Assembly: GCF_000354175.2 (NCBI RefSeq)
Contig: NC_022359.1
Location: 1,380,001-1,412,000 of the forward strand
Source: Vibrio alginolyticus NBRC 15630 = ATCC 17749
GTDB lineage: Bacteria; Pseudomonadota; Gammaproteobacteria; Enterobacterales; Vibrionaceae
Direction of reading: 5' to 3'
DNA length: 32,000 nucleotides
How positions within the stretch are numbered: the first letter of the stretch is position 1; every line of letters begins with the position of its first letter. A program made the position numbers and the translations under genes. The notes under the pieces are model-generated. The model had not been told where the DNA came from, ran no database searches, and saw only the letters and a list, made by a program, of their open reading frames with translations. Positions 1-8,942 of the stretch are shown in pieces.

Positions 1-737
1 GTTGGCGATTGCGCGACAAACCCACAACAATGGGTTTACCAAGTGTCGGCCAATGGCGCAACGACGCACTAGAACTTGCGCAAGAAAATTATGGACGTGG
101 CCTCACCTACCGAGAAATTCTGAAATCGTACGTATTTAACAACAAATACATCTGGCTGCTCGCGTTCAGTTATGTGTTGGTTTACATCGTCCGAACCGCA
201 ATCAATGACTGGGGAAACCTGTACTTGACCGAGCAGCATCACTATAGCCTGATTAACGCCAACGCTGCTCTGTCGATGTTTGAAATCGGCGGTTTTGTTG
301 GTTCATTGGTTGCGGGTTGGGGCTCAGACAAACTCTTTGGCGGTAACCGTGGGCCAATGAACTTGCTGTTCGCGATTGGGATTTTCTTATCTGTCTCTGC
401 GCTTTGGCTGATGCCTCTGACCAACTTTGCATTCCAAGCGGCGGGATTGTTCTCCATCGGCTTCTTTGTCTTTGGGCCACAAATGCTGATCGGTATGGCG
501 GCGGCGGAGTGCTCTCACAAAGATTCTGCCGGCGCGGCAACAGGATTCGTGGGCTTGTTCGCCTACATGGGCGCAGCATTGTCTGGTTATCCACTGGCGT
601 TAATTCTTGAAGAATATCATTGGACGGGTTTCTTCATCACCATTTCAGTTTGTGCAGCCGTCATTGGCCTTTTGTTGCTGCCATTTTTGCAAGCGCAACC
701 ATCACGAAAACCACTCGAACCAAAACCTCGGTTGTAA
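1..737 (+). CDS. uhpC: MFS organophosphate:Pi antiporter/sensor family protein, UhpC-like. Only the C-terminal ~245 aa are present; the 5' end lies outside the window.
   Basis: The frame is open from the window edge to TAA at 735-737. Recognised motifs are GWGSDKLFGGNRGPMN and FGPQMLIGMAAAECSHK..AGAATGFVGLFAY, which are typical of the GlpT/UhpC/UhpT family and closest to my recollection of UhpC. Several TM helices are visible. Confidence 0.7.
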   Translation, partial: WRLRDKPTTMGLPSVGQWRNDALELAQENYGRGLTYREILKSYVFNNKYIWLLAFSYVLVYIVRTAINDWGNLYLTEQHHYSLINANAALSMFEIGGFVGSLVAGWGSDKLFGGNRGPMNLLFAIGIFLSVSALWLMPLTNFAFQAAGLFSIGFFVFGPQMLIGMAAAECSHKDSAGAATGFVGLFAYMGAALSGYPLALILEEYHWTGFFITISVCAAVIGLLLLPFLQAQPSRKPLEPKPRL

Positions 738-861
738 ATCGACTTATCGCCCTTCGGGCAAATTGGCGAGTGACCTAACCGCGCTCGCCCACCTTATTTA
801 ACGTATCTCTGCTCAATTTTTCTTCCGATTCAGTTCGGAGGGTTAACTATGGGAAAAATTC

Positions 862-2079
862 ATGAATTTGAACACTATTTCATCGCATAGCTTCTTTCAA
901 ATGAACAACAAAATCCAAAACTACGCTTGGGGAAGCACCTCTTCTATTCACGATTTGTTTGGCTTTTCTAACGAAACGAATGAGCCTCAAGCAGAAGTAT
1001 GGATGGGTACTCACCCAAACGGCTGCTCTGAAGTTCAGATTGAGCAGAACACGCTGCCTTTGTCTGAACTGATCAAACAAAACCAACCCGCTTACTTATC
1101 AGCAGAAACCGCAGCGAAATTTGGCGACCTGCCCTTTCTGTTTAAGATCTTAGCGGCCGAACATGCACTGTCGATTCAAGTTCACCCAAGCAAACAAGAT
1201 GCCGAAATAGGCTTCGAAAAAGAACAAAGTGCCGGGATCCCACTAAACGCGAGCCATCGTAACTACAAGGATCCAAACCACAAACCTGAGCTGGTATACG
1301 CACTGACAAGTTACCAAGCCATGAACGGTTTTCGCTCGTATGCCGATATTACTGAGGCATTTAGCCTTTGTGATATCGATGAGCTACGCGCACCATTAGA
1401 TGCATTCAAACGCGAAATCAACTCACAAGGTTTGCGAGATTTCTTTGTGCACATTCTGACCATGGAAGGCGAAACAAAAGAGCGAGCACTGAAACAGCTT
1501 CTTGCCTGCGCCTCACGTCAATCAGAGCATGGCACTGACAGCGACGTTTTCCAACTCATCTTGGATCTATCCACTCAATACCCCGGCGATGTCGGCTTGT
1601 TTGCACCATTGCTGTTGAATGTCATCACGCTGCAACCTGGCGAAGCGATGTTCCTGAGCGCAAGAACGCCACACGCTTACATTAAAGGTACGGGATTAGA
1701 GATCATGGCGAACTCAGATAACGTTTTGCGTGCAGGACTCACGCCGAAACACATGGATGTTGAAGAACTGGCTAAATGCACAGACTTTGTGCCTAAGCCG
1801 TTTAACAGCCTTGTTCTAGAGCCCAATGCCGATGGTTGCCAGAGCCTTTACCCCGTTCCAGTGGCAGACTTTAGTTTCAGCATTCTTAACCAACCGAACA
1901 ATGAAGTGGTTGATGCCAATAGCGCAGAGATTTTGATGGCGATTGATGCCGACCTGACACTCATCAGTGATAACGGTGAGACGTTAACTGCCTCGAAAGG
2001 ACAATCTGTATTTGTTCCTGCTTACGTTGGCCATTACCGTATTCAAAGTGCGGGACGTGTGGCTCGCGCCTTCAACTAG
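862..2079 (+). CDS. manA: Mannose-6-phosphate isomerase, class I
   Basis: 405-aa ORF with N-terminal NYAWGS...EVWMGTHP, QVHPSK and NSDNVLRAGLTPK motifs characteristic of type I PMI. GGGA lies 7 nt upstream of the ATG. An alternative start at ATG 901 is possible. Confidence 0.9.
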   Translation: MNLNTISSHSFFQMNNKIQNYAWGSTSSIHDLFGFSNETNEPQAEVWMGTHPNGCSEVQIEQNTLPLSELIKQNQPAYLSAETAAKFGDLPFLFKILAAEHALSIQVHPSKQDAEIGFEKEQSAGIPLNASHRNYKDPNHKPELVYALTSYQAMNGFRSYADITEAFSLCDIDELRAPLDAFKREINSQGLRDFFVHILTMEGETKERALKQLLACASRQSEHGTDSDVFQLILDLSTQYPGDVGLFAPLLLNVITLQPGEAMFLSARTPHAYIKGTGLEIMANSDNVLRAGLTPKHMDVEELAKCTDFVPKPFNSLVLEPNADGCQSLYPVPVADFSFSILNQPNNEVVDANSAEILMAIDADLTLISDNGETLTASKGQSVFVPAYVGHYRIQSAGRVARAFN

Positions 2080-2105
2080 TTTTTGAACAACTGATTCAAA
2101 CTAGC

Positions 2106-2131
2106 GTCTAACCCAAGGGACTGGGTTAGAC
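2106..2131 (+). terminator. Stem-loop downstream of manA (10-bp stem GTCTAACCCA/TGGGTTAGAC, 6-nt loop)
   Basis: Perfect inverted repeat 27 nt after the manA stop, followed by AATTTATT. Confidence 0.55.
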
Positions 2132-2415
2132 AATTTATTCCTCTCCGCTTTTAAGGCAATCATGCTTATCCCTTGTCGACTCCAGACACTCACAGTCCAG
2201 TTTCTCTAAGAGCCATAACCCCCCGGCTCTGCCATTTACTGCAACATTCATTGTCAAAACCCATTTATTTCTGGTAAATCCTCCGCTCCAATATCAAATT
2301 ACTTGGATAACAAAGGCACTCACACAGTGGTATTTGTTGCAAAACGTATAATCAACGTTGTAATCAAAGCCCCAATCACTACAATCTCTGGTTCGATTTT
2401 TCAGTTAACGTTTGT

Positions 2416-3678
2416 ATGCCGAAGTTAAACCAAGATAACCCTGTTCAAAGCTCCGCCCTTTCCGATATCGAAACCAGCAGTAAGATTCAATCGGCATTAG
2501 AACCGAAGTTTCACAAGCCAGAGAAACGTCTCTGCTTAAGCCCTGGCCTATCGGATAAGCATTTGGCGCGCCGTTGGCAAGTATTGGAACAAATGACCAA
2601 TAAAGATCATCTTCTTGATCCTTTCACACAGTCACATTGCGACGCTTACTCCAACAACATCGAGCACTTCATTGGTACTGTCAATGTGCCGGTCGGCATC
2701 GCAGGCCCTTTGCGCGTCAACGGTTTGTATGCGAACGATGACTTTTTGGTTCCGCTCGCAACGACAGAAGCCGCGTTAGTCGCTTCCTACAACCGTGGCG
2801 CAAATCTTATCACCGCCGCTGGTGGCGCGAGCGCATTGTTACTAAGTGAAGGGGTGAGCCGAACACCAGTATTCGCCTTTAATCACCTTGCTGACGCCGG
2901 CCAGTTCGTCAGTTGGGTTGTGACCCAGTTTGACGTATTTCGTCAAATTGCGGAATCCACCACCTCACATGGCAAACTCAAAGACATCAATGTAAATATC
3001 GAAGGAAACCACGTTTATTTGGTCTTTGAATACGTGACTGGTGACGCTTCCGGACAAAACATGGTGACCATCGCAACAAACGAAGTGTTCCATCATATTT
3101 TGGCGACCAGCCCAATCAAACCAACTCAAGCATTCTTGGATGGCAACTTATCAGGCGACAAAAAACCAAACGCGCACACACTGCGCTCGGTACGCGGTAA
3201 GAAAGTATCCGCCGAAGTGACCATTCCTGCTGAGTTGGTGGAAAAATATCTGCATACGACGCCGGAGTCTATGGTTCAATTTGGCAAAATGACCACAGTG
3301 GGCGGTTTACTCAGCGGGACAATTGGCGTCAACGCGCATTACGCAAACGCGCTTGCCGCGCTGTACATTGCTTGTGGTCAAGATGCCGCTTGCGTTGCAG
3401 AGTCTGCCATTGGAATCACTCGTATGGATGTGGACGCTCAAGGCAACTTGTACGCGTGCGTGACCTTGCCAAACATCATGGTGGGGACGGTTGGTGGTGG
3501 TACTGGCCTTCCAACGCAAAAAGCATGTTTGGATATTTTGGGTTTGCACGGCAACGGCAATGCGAAAGCGTTAGCCGAAGTCGCAGCTGCGCTTTGTCTG
3601 GCTGGCGAACTCTCGATCGTGGGCGCATTTTGTGCCGATCACTTTTCTCGTGCTCACCATAAGCTTGCCCGAAAATAA
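2416..3678 (+). CDS. Hydroxymethylglutaryl-CoA reductase, class I (archaeal/eukaryotic type), soluble catalytic domain only
   Basis: 420-aa ORF with EAALVASYNRG, DASGQNMVT, VGTVGGGT and the C-terminal flap LAGELSIVGAFCADHFSRAHHKL, all typical of class I HMGR. Confidence 0.9.
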   Translation: MPKLNQDNPVQSSALSDIETSSKIQSALEPKFHKPEKRLCLSPGLSDKHLARRWQVLEQMTNKDHLLDPFTQSHCDAYSNNIEHFIGTVNVPVGIAGPLRVNGLYANDDFLVPLATTEAALVASYNRGANLITAAGGASALLLSEGVSRTPVFAFNHLADAGQFVSWVVTQFDVFRQIAESTTSHGKLKDINVNIEGNHVYLVFEYVTGDASGQNMVTIATNEVFHHILATSPIKPTQAFLDGNLSGDKKPNAHTLRSVRGKKVSAEVTIPAELVEKYLHTTPESMVQFGKMTTVGGLLSGTIGVNAHYANALAALYIACGQDAACVAESAIGITRMDVDAQGNLYACVTLPNIMVGTVGGGTGLPTQKACLDILGLHGNGNAKALAEVAAALCLAGELSIVGAFCADHFSRAHHKLARK

Positions 3679-3691
3679 CCTTTGTTGCTTT

Positions 3692-3726
3692 GTACAAGAG
3701 AACATCCGTGTGGTTTTCTCTTGTGC
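3692..3726 (+). terminator. Stem-loop after the HMG-CoA reductase gene (about 11-bp stem, 13-nt loop)
   Basis: ACAAGAGAA (3694-3702) pairs with TTCTCTTGT (3716-3724), with two extra outer pairs. There is no clean trailing T-run, so terminator function is uncertain. Confidence 0.4.
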
Positions 3727-4085
3727 AAACCAATGGACTTTATTTATTGGCTCAATAATTTCTTGAAACTAACTTAAGCCTTAACAAACATACCAATCTC
3801 TTGTTAACAGTACTTTAGCTGTCCCCCTTCTATATCCATTGCGATACCTCTGCTTATTACTCTTCATTGGCCATATTTAATATCAGTATCTTAGAAAAAA
3901 TAGCATCAAAAACTTCTAGTACTATAGTACCAAATTCATCGTTTGAGTTTTTTGTTCACCACTTATAGCTACTATACTCGCCTATGCAGCTGCTTGATTT
4001 TCATAAATTTACTAAACAGCTCAAAAGAGCTTAATAACTCCCGTTAAATGGACTTAAATCGTTACTTCGGGTAAGCGAGTTAACT

Positions 4086-5654
4086 ATGAGACGTCAGAAG
4101 CTAAATAAAATCTCTGCTTGGGTACTAGGATTGGCTATCTTATTGCTGAGCCATGTGTCTAATGTATCAGCAGAAATACAGCAATCCCCATCCGATCAAA
4201 CCGTTGCGCGTTTTCTCTATCAAACCTCTTTTGGACCAACACCTGCGTTAATTAATGAGGTTAGGGAAAACGGGTTTGAGGATTGGATACAGAAACAAAT
4301 CAACCTGCCAGCAACCTACCATCAACCACTTTATCAAACGCCTTTTTCTAAAGGCCTACAGTCAAACCGAGAAAATGCTTGGTATCAGATTGTTGTTACT
4401 GCTGAAGATCAGCTTAGGCAGCGAACGGCTTATGCATTGAGTCAGATCGTAGTCGTGTCTCGTTATGGCGGCGTTCTTTCCAGCAAACCTACAGGGTTAG
4501 TGAATTACTACGATCTGTTGGTTGAGCATGCGTTTGGCAACTACCGAGACCTGTTGTATGACGTTTCCATCCATCCAGTCATGGGGAGCTATTTGTCTAT
4601 GCTCGGTAGTGCAAAAGAAAATAGTGCGACAGGAACGCTTCCCGATGAGAACTTTGCTCGAGAGTTAATGCAGTTATTCACTATCGGTTTGTATGAACTC
4701 AATTTAGATGGCAGTAAAAAGCTGAACCACGCAACAGGCAAACCTATCCCCACGTACAATCAAACTGATATTCAAGAGCTCGCGCGAGCATTAACTGGAT
4801 GGAAAAATTCCGACATCGCATTCGTGAAACCGATGCGAGTTATCAGTCAAAGACACGACACCGGCGAGAAGCGATTTCTAGGGAACGTGATCCCATCGGG
4901 TCTAACCGCACAAGAAGAGCTTTCAAAAGTGATTGATATGTTGATGTCTCACCCAAATGTTGCTCCATTTGTTTCAAAGTTACTTATCCAACGTTTGGTC
5001 AGTTCAAATCCAAGCCCAGAGTACGTCGCGCGTGTTGCTACGATATTTAACAACAATGGGGAAGGAGAAAAAGGCGATCTAACCGCCGTTGTTCGAGCCA
5101 TATTGCTCGACCCTGAAGCATTAGGGATGACGGATACCCCGCCTATAAAAGTGAAAGAACCGATACTGGTCCTGACTAATTTTCATCGAGCATCAGGTTT
5201 TACGGTTAAAGGATCACGTTACGAAGACGCAACAACGATGATGAACATCGCTAATCAAGGGCCGCTTCGTTCTCCTTCCGTGTTTAATTTTTACTCTCCA
5301 GACTATCAGCCGTCTAACGAGTTTACGGAGTCTGGTATTAACTCTCCAGAGTATGAACTTCTCAATTGGTCTGTTTATACCGATTTGGTCAACTATATGT
5401 TAACCAGCACTCGTAGAGGAGGTGGTGATTCCTACCACTTCGATCTTAACGAGTTTTATCTTCTTCTGGACGATCACCGTGCCTTAGTCGAATTGGTTAA
5501 CTTGCGTTTCTTTGCTGGAACGGCTTCTGCTGAATTGAAAGAGCTCATGCTCACCGCCCTGAATGATTATCGTGGGGACTATGTGCCAACAACAAAACTC
5601 GCTCTAGTGATATTTACCGCCATTTCTGGCGACGAATTCTATATTCAGGATTAG
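4086..5654 (+). CDS. DUF1800 family protein, exported (Sec-type signal peptide)
   Basis: 522-aa ORF. The N-terminus MRRQKLNKISAWVLGLAILLLSHVSNVSA looks like a signal peptide. The central PDENFARELMQLFTIGL motif is the DUF1800 hallmark as I recall it. Confidence 0.8.
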   Translation: MRRQKLNKISAWVLGLAILLLSHVSNVSAEIQQSPSDQTVARFLYQTSFGPTPALINEVRENGFEDWIQKQINLPATYHQPLYQTPFSKGLQSNRENAWYQIVVTAEDQLRQRTAYALSQIVVVSRYGGVLSSKPTGLVNYYDLLVEHAFGNYRDLLYDVSIHPVMGSYLSMLGSAKENSATGTLPDENFARELMQLFTIGLYELNLDGSKKLNHATGKPIPTYNQTDIQELARALTGWKNSDIAFVKPMRVISQRHDTGEKRFLGNVIPSGLTAQEELSKVIDMLMSHPNVAPFVSKLLIQRLVSSNPSPEYVARVATIFNNNGEGEKGDLTAVVRAILLDPEALGMTDTPPIKVKEPILVLTNFHRASGFTVKGSRYEDATTMMNIANQGPLRSPSVFNFYSPDYQPSNEFTESGINSPEYELLNWSVYTDLVNYMLTSTRRGGGDSYHFDLNEFYLLLDDHRALVELVNLRFFAGTASAELKELMLTALNDYRGDYVPTTKLALVIFTAISGDEFYIQD

Positions 5655-5663
5655 GAGTGAATT

Positions 5664-6989
5664 ATGGATATTTCACGACGACATTTTATACAAAGCACGC
5701 TATCGATGGGCGCACTAGCCTCTCTTAGTCTGCCAGGTTACTCTCTCGCAGCGCCATCCAATGACTTTCGAGCATTAATATGTGTGTATTTAGCAGGCGG
5801 AAACGATGCATTCAACACCGTACTGCCATTATCGGAGGCGCACTATCATCAATATTCCAAAGTCAGAGGGCCACTCTCTGTCGCCAAAGAAGACATACTC
5901 CCTATCAATTTGAGTGCTGTCGATAGCTCAAATCACCCAGTGAAGCTCGGCTTACACCCCAAGTTAAATGCGTTAACTTCCGTTTTCGAACAAGGCGATG
6001 CCAGCATCGTGCTCAATAGTGGCATTCTCAACCATCCCGTCACCAAACAAGCTATTGAGCAAGGTGAAGCATCACTACCCGAGCAACTGTTTTCTCATAA
6101 TTCTCAAACAGACGCTTGGTTACTTGGTGGAATGAGCGAGTCTAAAAATCTTGGTTGGGCTGGCAGAATGTTGGATGTATTAAACTCTGAATCAGAAATA
6201 ACACCGCTATACAGTGTGCATGGCAACTCGCTTTGGTTACGGGCAATGGAACACCGCCAAACCGTCCTGAAAAAAGATCGCGCAGTTCAGCTTACCGCGA
6301 TTGATAACCCGCTATACAAGGGGATCTATGATCGCCTTCTCTCTCATCAAGCTGACAATCCATTTAATGGTCATTTTAATTTGATGGTTGATGAGTCGAT
6401 GGTAATGAGTAGTGTCCTGAGCGAGCAACTCAACCACATTGCTGACGAGCCGCTGTTTACGTCATCGACGCTCGGCAAGCAGATGCAAACCGTGTACAAA
6501 TTGATAGCAAGCCAAGATGTATTGAAGCAGCAACGACAAGTCTTTTTCGTTAAACACTCTGGGTATGACCTACACGATTCGCAACTGGCACGTCATCCAG
6601 TGTTACTTGAGGATCTCGCGACAAACCTTTTAGCAATGTATCGTGCGGTCGAACGGTTAGGGCTAAACAAGCAAGTCACCTCTTTCACTATGTCTGACTT
6701 CGGTCGACGGATGATGAGCAACGGAAATGGTACCGATCATGGCTGGGGTGGCCATCAACTATTAATTGGAGGCGCGGTAAATGGGAAACAACCTATCGGT
6801 ACATGGCCGGAACTAATACTGGGCGGAAACGATGATTACTCTCAAGGCCGACTCATACCCAAAATTGCCGCTGATCAAGTTGGTTCAACACTAGCACAGT
6901 GGATGGGCGTGAGTGATAACGCGGCACTGGAATACGTGTTCCCGAACATCCGTAATTTTACTCATTCAAACCTGGGTTTTATGTCGTAA
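5664..6989 (+). CDS. DUF1501 family protein (sulfatase/alkaline-phosphatase-like fold) with a twin-arginine signal
   Basis: 441-aa ORF starting 9 nt after the DUF1800 stop. It has the Tat motif SRRHFIQS followed by a hydrophobic stretch and AAP. Family-typical motifs are YLAGGNDAFNTVLP and SDFGRR...NGNGTDHGWGG. Confidence 0.85.
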   Translation: MDISRRHFIQSTLSMGALASLSLPGYSLAAPSNDFRALICVYLAGGNDAFNTVLPLSEAHYHQYSKVRGPLSVAKEDILPINLSAVDSSNHPVKLGLHPKLNALTSVFEQGDASIVLNSGILNHPVTKQAIEQGEASLPEQLFSHNSQTDAWLLGGMSESKNLGWAGRMLDVLNSESEITPLYSVHGNSLWLRAMEHRQTVLKKDRAVQLTAIDNPLYKGIYDRLLSHQADNPFNGHFNLMVDESMVMSSVLSEQLNHIADEPLFTSSTLGKQMQTVYKLIASQDVLKQQRQVFFVKHSGYDLHDSQLARHPVLLEDLATNLLAMYRAVERLGLNKQVTSFTMSDFGRRMMSNGNGTDHGWGGHQLLIGGAVNGKQPIGTWPELILGGNDDYSQGRLIPKIAADQVGSTLAQWMGVSDNAALEYVFPNIRNFTHSNLGFMS

Positions 6990-7025
6990 GATATTTTACA
7001 GGTAGCTGTAGAACACATCATCAAA

Positions 7026-7048
7026 TAAGGGAGCCTCGCGCTCCCTTA
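7026..7048. terminator. Bidirectional stem-loop between the convergent DUF1501 and fabH-like genes
   Basis: 9-bp stem TAAGGGAGC/GCTCCCTTA with a 5-nt loop. It is T-rich on the + side (CATTTTATGTTT) and on the - side (TTATTTGATG). Confidence 0.6.
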
Positions 7049-7074
7049 CTCATTTTATGTTTGCAAAGTGTCCG

Positions 7075-8169
7075 TTACACCTCGTCGCGACGGCGTTCGT
7101 TACACAGCTTAATGGCACGCTCAAGTAATTCTAACGCGGATTGCTCACATTCAGGCAGAACCGCATCACTTTCGCCAATTGGCGTTACGCGGTCACCCCA
7201 TTTCAATACTGCCGCACCCCATGTCAAACCTGCACCAAATGCAGCAAGAAGCATATTATCACCTGGGTTAACTCGACCTTGCTCTACCGCTTCACACAAT
7301 GCAATTGGCACCGTCGCAGCTGAAGTATTGCCATAGTTTTGAATGTTAACAAACGCTTTGTCGTGTGGAATTCCAGACAGGTCACACAAGGTTTGAATAA
7401 TACGAATATTCGCTTGATGCGGAATCACAACATCGATTTGTTCCGTCGTTAACTGTGATGCTTTCAGTACGGTTTTCGCAGCTAGCCCCATGCCTTTTAC
7501 TGCACGTTTGAAAATTTCTTGTCCTACAAAGTTGAAATCCCAGTAACCGTTGTCTTCCGCAAAGCGATCCATACAAGTACCAAACTTTGGTACGGACAGA
7601 ATATCGCGGCCTTTTGCGTCACAACCGATTTGAGACTGTAGTAAACCCGTTTCTTTTTCCGTTCTTGATAACACAACGGCGCCCGCACCATCACCAAATA
7701 GAACAGCGGTATCTCGCATTGCCCAATCGATGTAGAAAGACAATCTTTCCGCACCAATAATGATCGCGTTACGATAGTTACCTGATTGAATCAAACGTGT
7801 GCCCGTTTCTAGGCCATAGACAAATCCCGTACATGCGGCATTTAAGTCAAAGGCAGCGGCTGCACGAATACCTAGGTTCTGCTGTACCTTAGACGCGATA
7901 TTTGGAATCAATGAATCTGGTGAACAAGTCGCCACAATGATTAAATCCACGTCTGTTGCATCGACGCCTGCTCGAGCTAATGCATGTTTAGCAGCAACGG
8001 TCGCCATGTCTGACGTGTTTACATGACTAATACGGCGGTTTTCGATACCAGTGCGGGTACGAATCCACTCATCGGAAGTATCGAGGAAAGTGCTAAGATC
8101 ATCGTTAGAGAGCACGGCTGGCGGAACACATTTCCCCCAACCTGTAATTTCAGCGTAGTAATTTGTCAT
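7075..8169 (-). CDS. fabH: Beta-ketoacyl-ACP synthase III (FabH-like) with a C-terminal extension
   Basis: 364-aa ORF. The Cys-His-Asn triad contexts [16 protein letters not shown] and NYGNTSAAT are present. After the usual FabH end ([12 protein letters not shown]) about 40 extra residues follow. Confidence 0.85.
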   Translation of the reverse strand: MTNYYAEITGWGKCVPPAVLSNDDLSTFLDTSDEWIRTRTGIENRRISHVNTSDMATVAAKHALARAGVDATDVDLIIVATCSPDSLIPNIASKVQQNLGIRAAAAFDLNAACTGFVYGLETGTRLIQSGNYRNAIIIGAERLSFYIDWAMRDTAVLFGDGAGAVVLSRTEKETGLLQSQIGCDAKGRDILSVPKFGTCMDRFAEDNGYWDFNFVGQEIFKRAVKGMGLAAKTVLKASQLTTEQIDVVIPHQANIRIIQTLCDLSGIPHDKAFVNIQNYGNTSAATVPIALCEAVEQGRVNPGDNMLLAAFGAGLTWGAAVLKWGDRVTPIGESDAVLPECEQSALELLERAIKLCNERRRDEV

Positions 8170-8331
8170 CGCAGACCTATTTATTGTTGTATTTTAATAA
8201 AATTTCTTAGAACCTTAGGCTCAAATACAAACCTGCGCTGCGTTATTTCGGCAGGTTAAAAAATAAGTATACAAATAATGAGGCTGACTGGTAAGTCATG
8301 TTTTCATCAATACGTAATAAAGGAAGAAGTC

Positions 8332-8766
8332 ATGTCATCGTTTAAAACTCGCTGCCCTTCGTGCGGCGGTCTAAATCGTGTCCCTAATGAGCGCGTTGCC
8401 GAATCTGCAACTTGCGGTAAATGTAAAAGTGCACTTTTAGACGGCTCGCCTATCGAAGGTACACAAGATAACTTTTCTGCTCTATTACAAAGTGATATGC
8501 CTGTTGTAGTAGATTTTTGGGCCCCATGGTGCAACCCGTGCGTTGGTTTTGCTCCTGTTTTCTCTGATGTTGCTCATGAGCAAGCCGGAACGGCTCGTTT
8601 TGTTAAGATTGATACCGAAGCTCAACAACAACTTGCGGCGCAATTTGGTATTCGCAGTATTCCTACCATTATGGTTTTCAAGAATGGTCAACGCGTTGAT
8701 ATGATCAATGGTGCGTTACCTAAAACTCAATTCGATCAATGGTTAAATCAAGCACTTACTAAATAA
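8332..8766 (+). CDS. trxC: Thioredoxin 2 (TrxC type, N-terminal zinc-finger extension)
   Basis: I chose the start at ATG 8332, preceded by AAGGAAG, over the ORF-track start at 8278. The N-terminus has CPSCGG..N..CGKC (two CxxC pairs). The thioredoxin fold has FWAPWCNPC and GIRSIPTIMVFKNG. Confidence 0.9.
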   Translation: MSSFKTRCPSCGGLNRVPNERVAESATCGKCKSALLDGSPIEGTQDNFSALLQSDMPVVVDFWAPWCNPCVGFAPVFSDVAHEQAGTARFVKIDTEAQQQLAAQFGIRSIPTIMVFKNGQRVDMINGALPKTQFDQWLNQALTK

Positions 8767-8772
8767 TCTTCC

Positions 8773-8803
8773 ACGCCAACCTTGTTTGTAGGTTGGCGTT
8801 TTT
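8773..8803 (+). terminator. Rho-independent terminator of trxC
   Basis: 10-bp stem ACGCCAACCT/AGGTTGGCGT with a 7-nt loop, followed by TTTTT. Confidence 0.85.
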
Positions 8804-8942
8804 ATGCAACTTATCAACCTATCTAGTTAACAAATATTATTTGTCGAAACGACTTAAATTTATCATTTTACTTGCCTAACTATTAGCCTCATATTCGCGC
8901 CGAATAACCCTTAGATTTCATTTAACTTATAGGCGCAAAACA

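Noticed and set aside
242-610. Three ORFs (242-457 -, 253-594 -, 404-610 +) inside the uhpC-like gene
   Set aside because: They lie entirely within, and antisense or out of frame to, a well-supported membrane-transporter frame. Their Arg/Pro/Gln-rich translations are typical of wrong-frame reading.
3307-3733. ORFs 3307-3549 (-), 3372-3662 (+) and 3476-3733 (-) overlapping the 3' part of the HMG-CoA reductase gene
   Set aside because: They are alternative-frame or antisense shadows of a strongly supported CDS. They have no RBS, and their Arg/Trp/Cys-rich composition is unlike real proteins.
7061-7757. ORFs 7061-7336 (+), 7141-7323 (+), 7382-7576 (-) and 7524-7757 (-) within the fabH-like gene
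   Set aside because: They are antisense to or out of frame with a CDS that has an intact catalytic triad. They have no independent support.
8231-8258. Hairpin AACCTGC-N14-GCAGGTT in the fabH-like/trxC divergent region as a terminator
   Set aside because: It lies between two divergent starts, with no gene ending nearby and no proper T-tract in either direction. It may be an operator or fortuitous.
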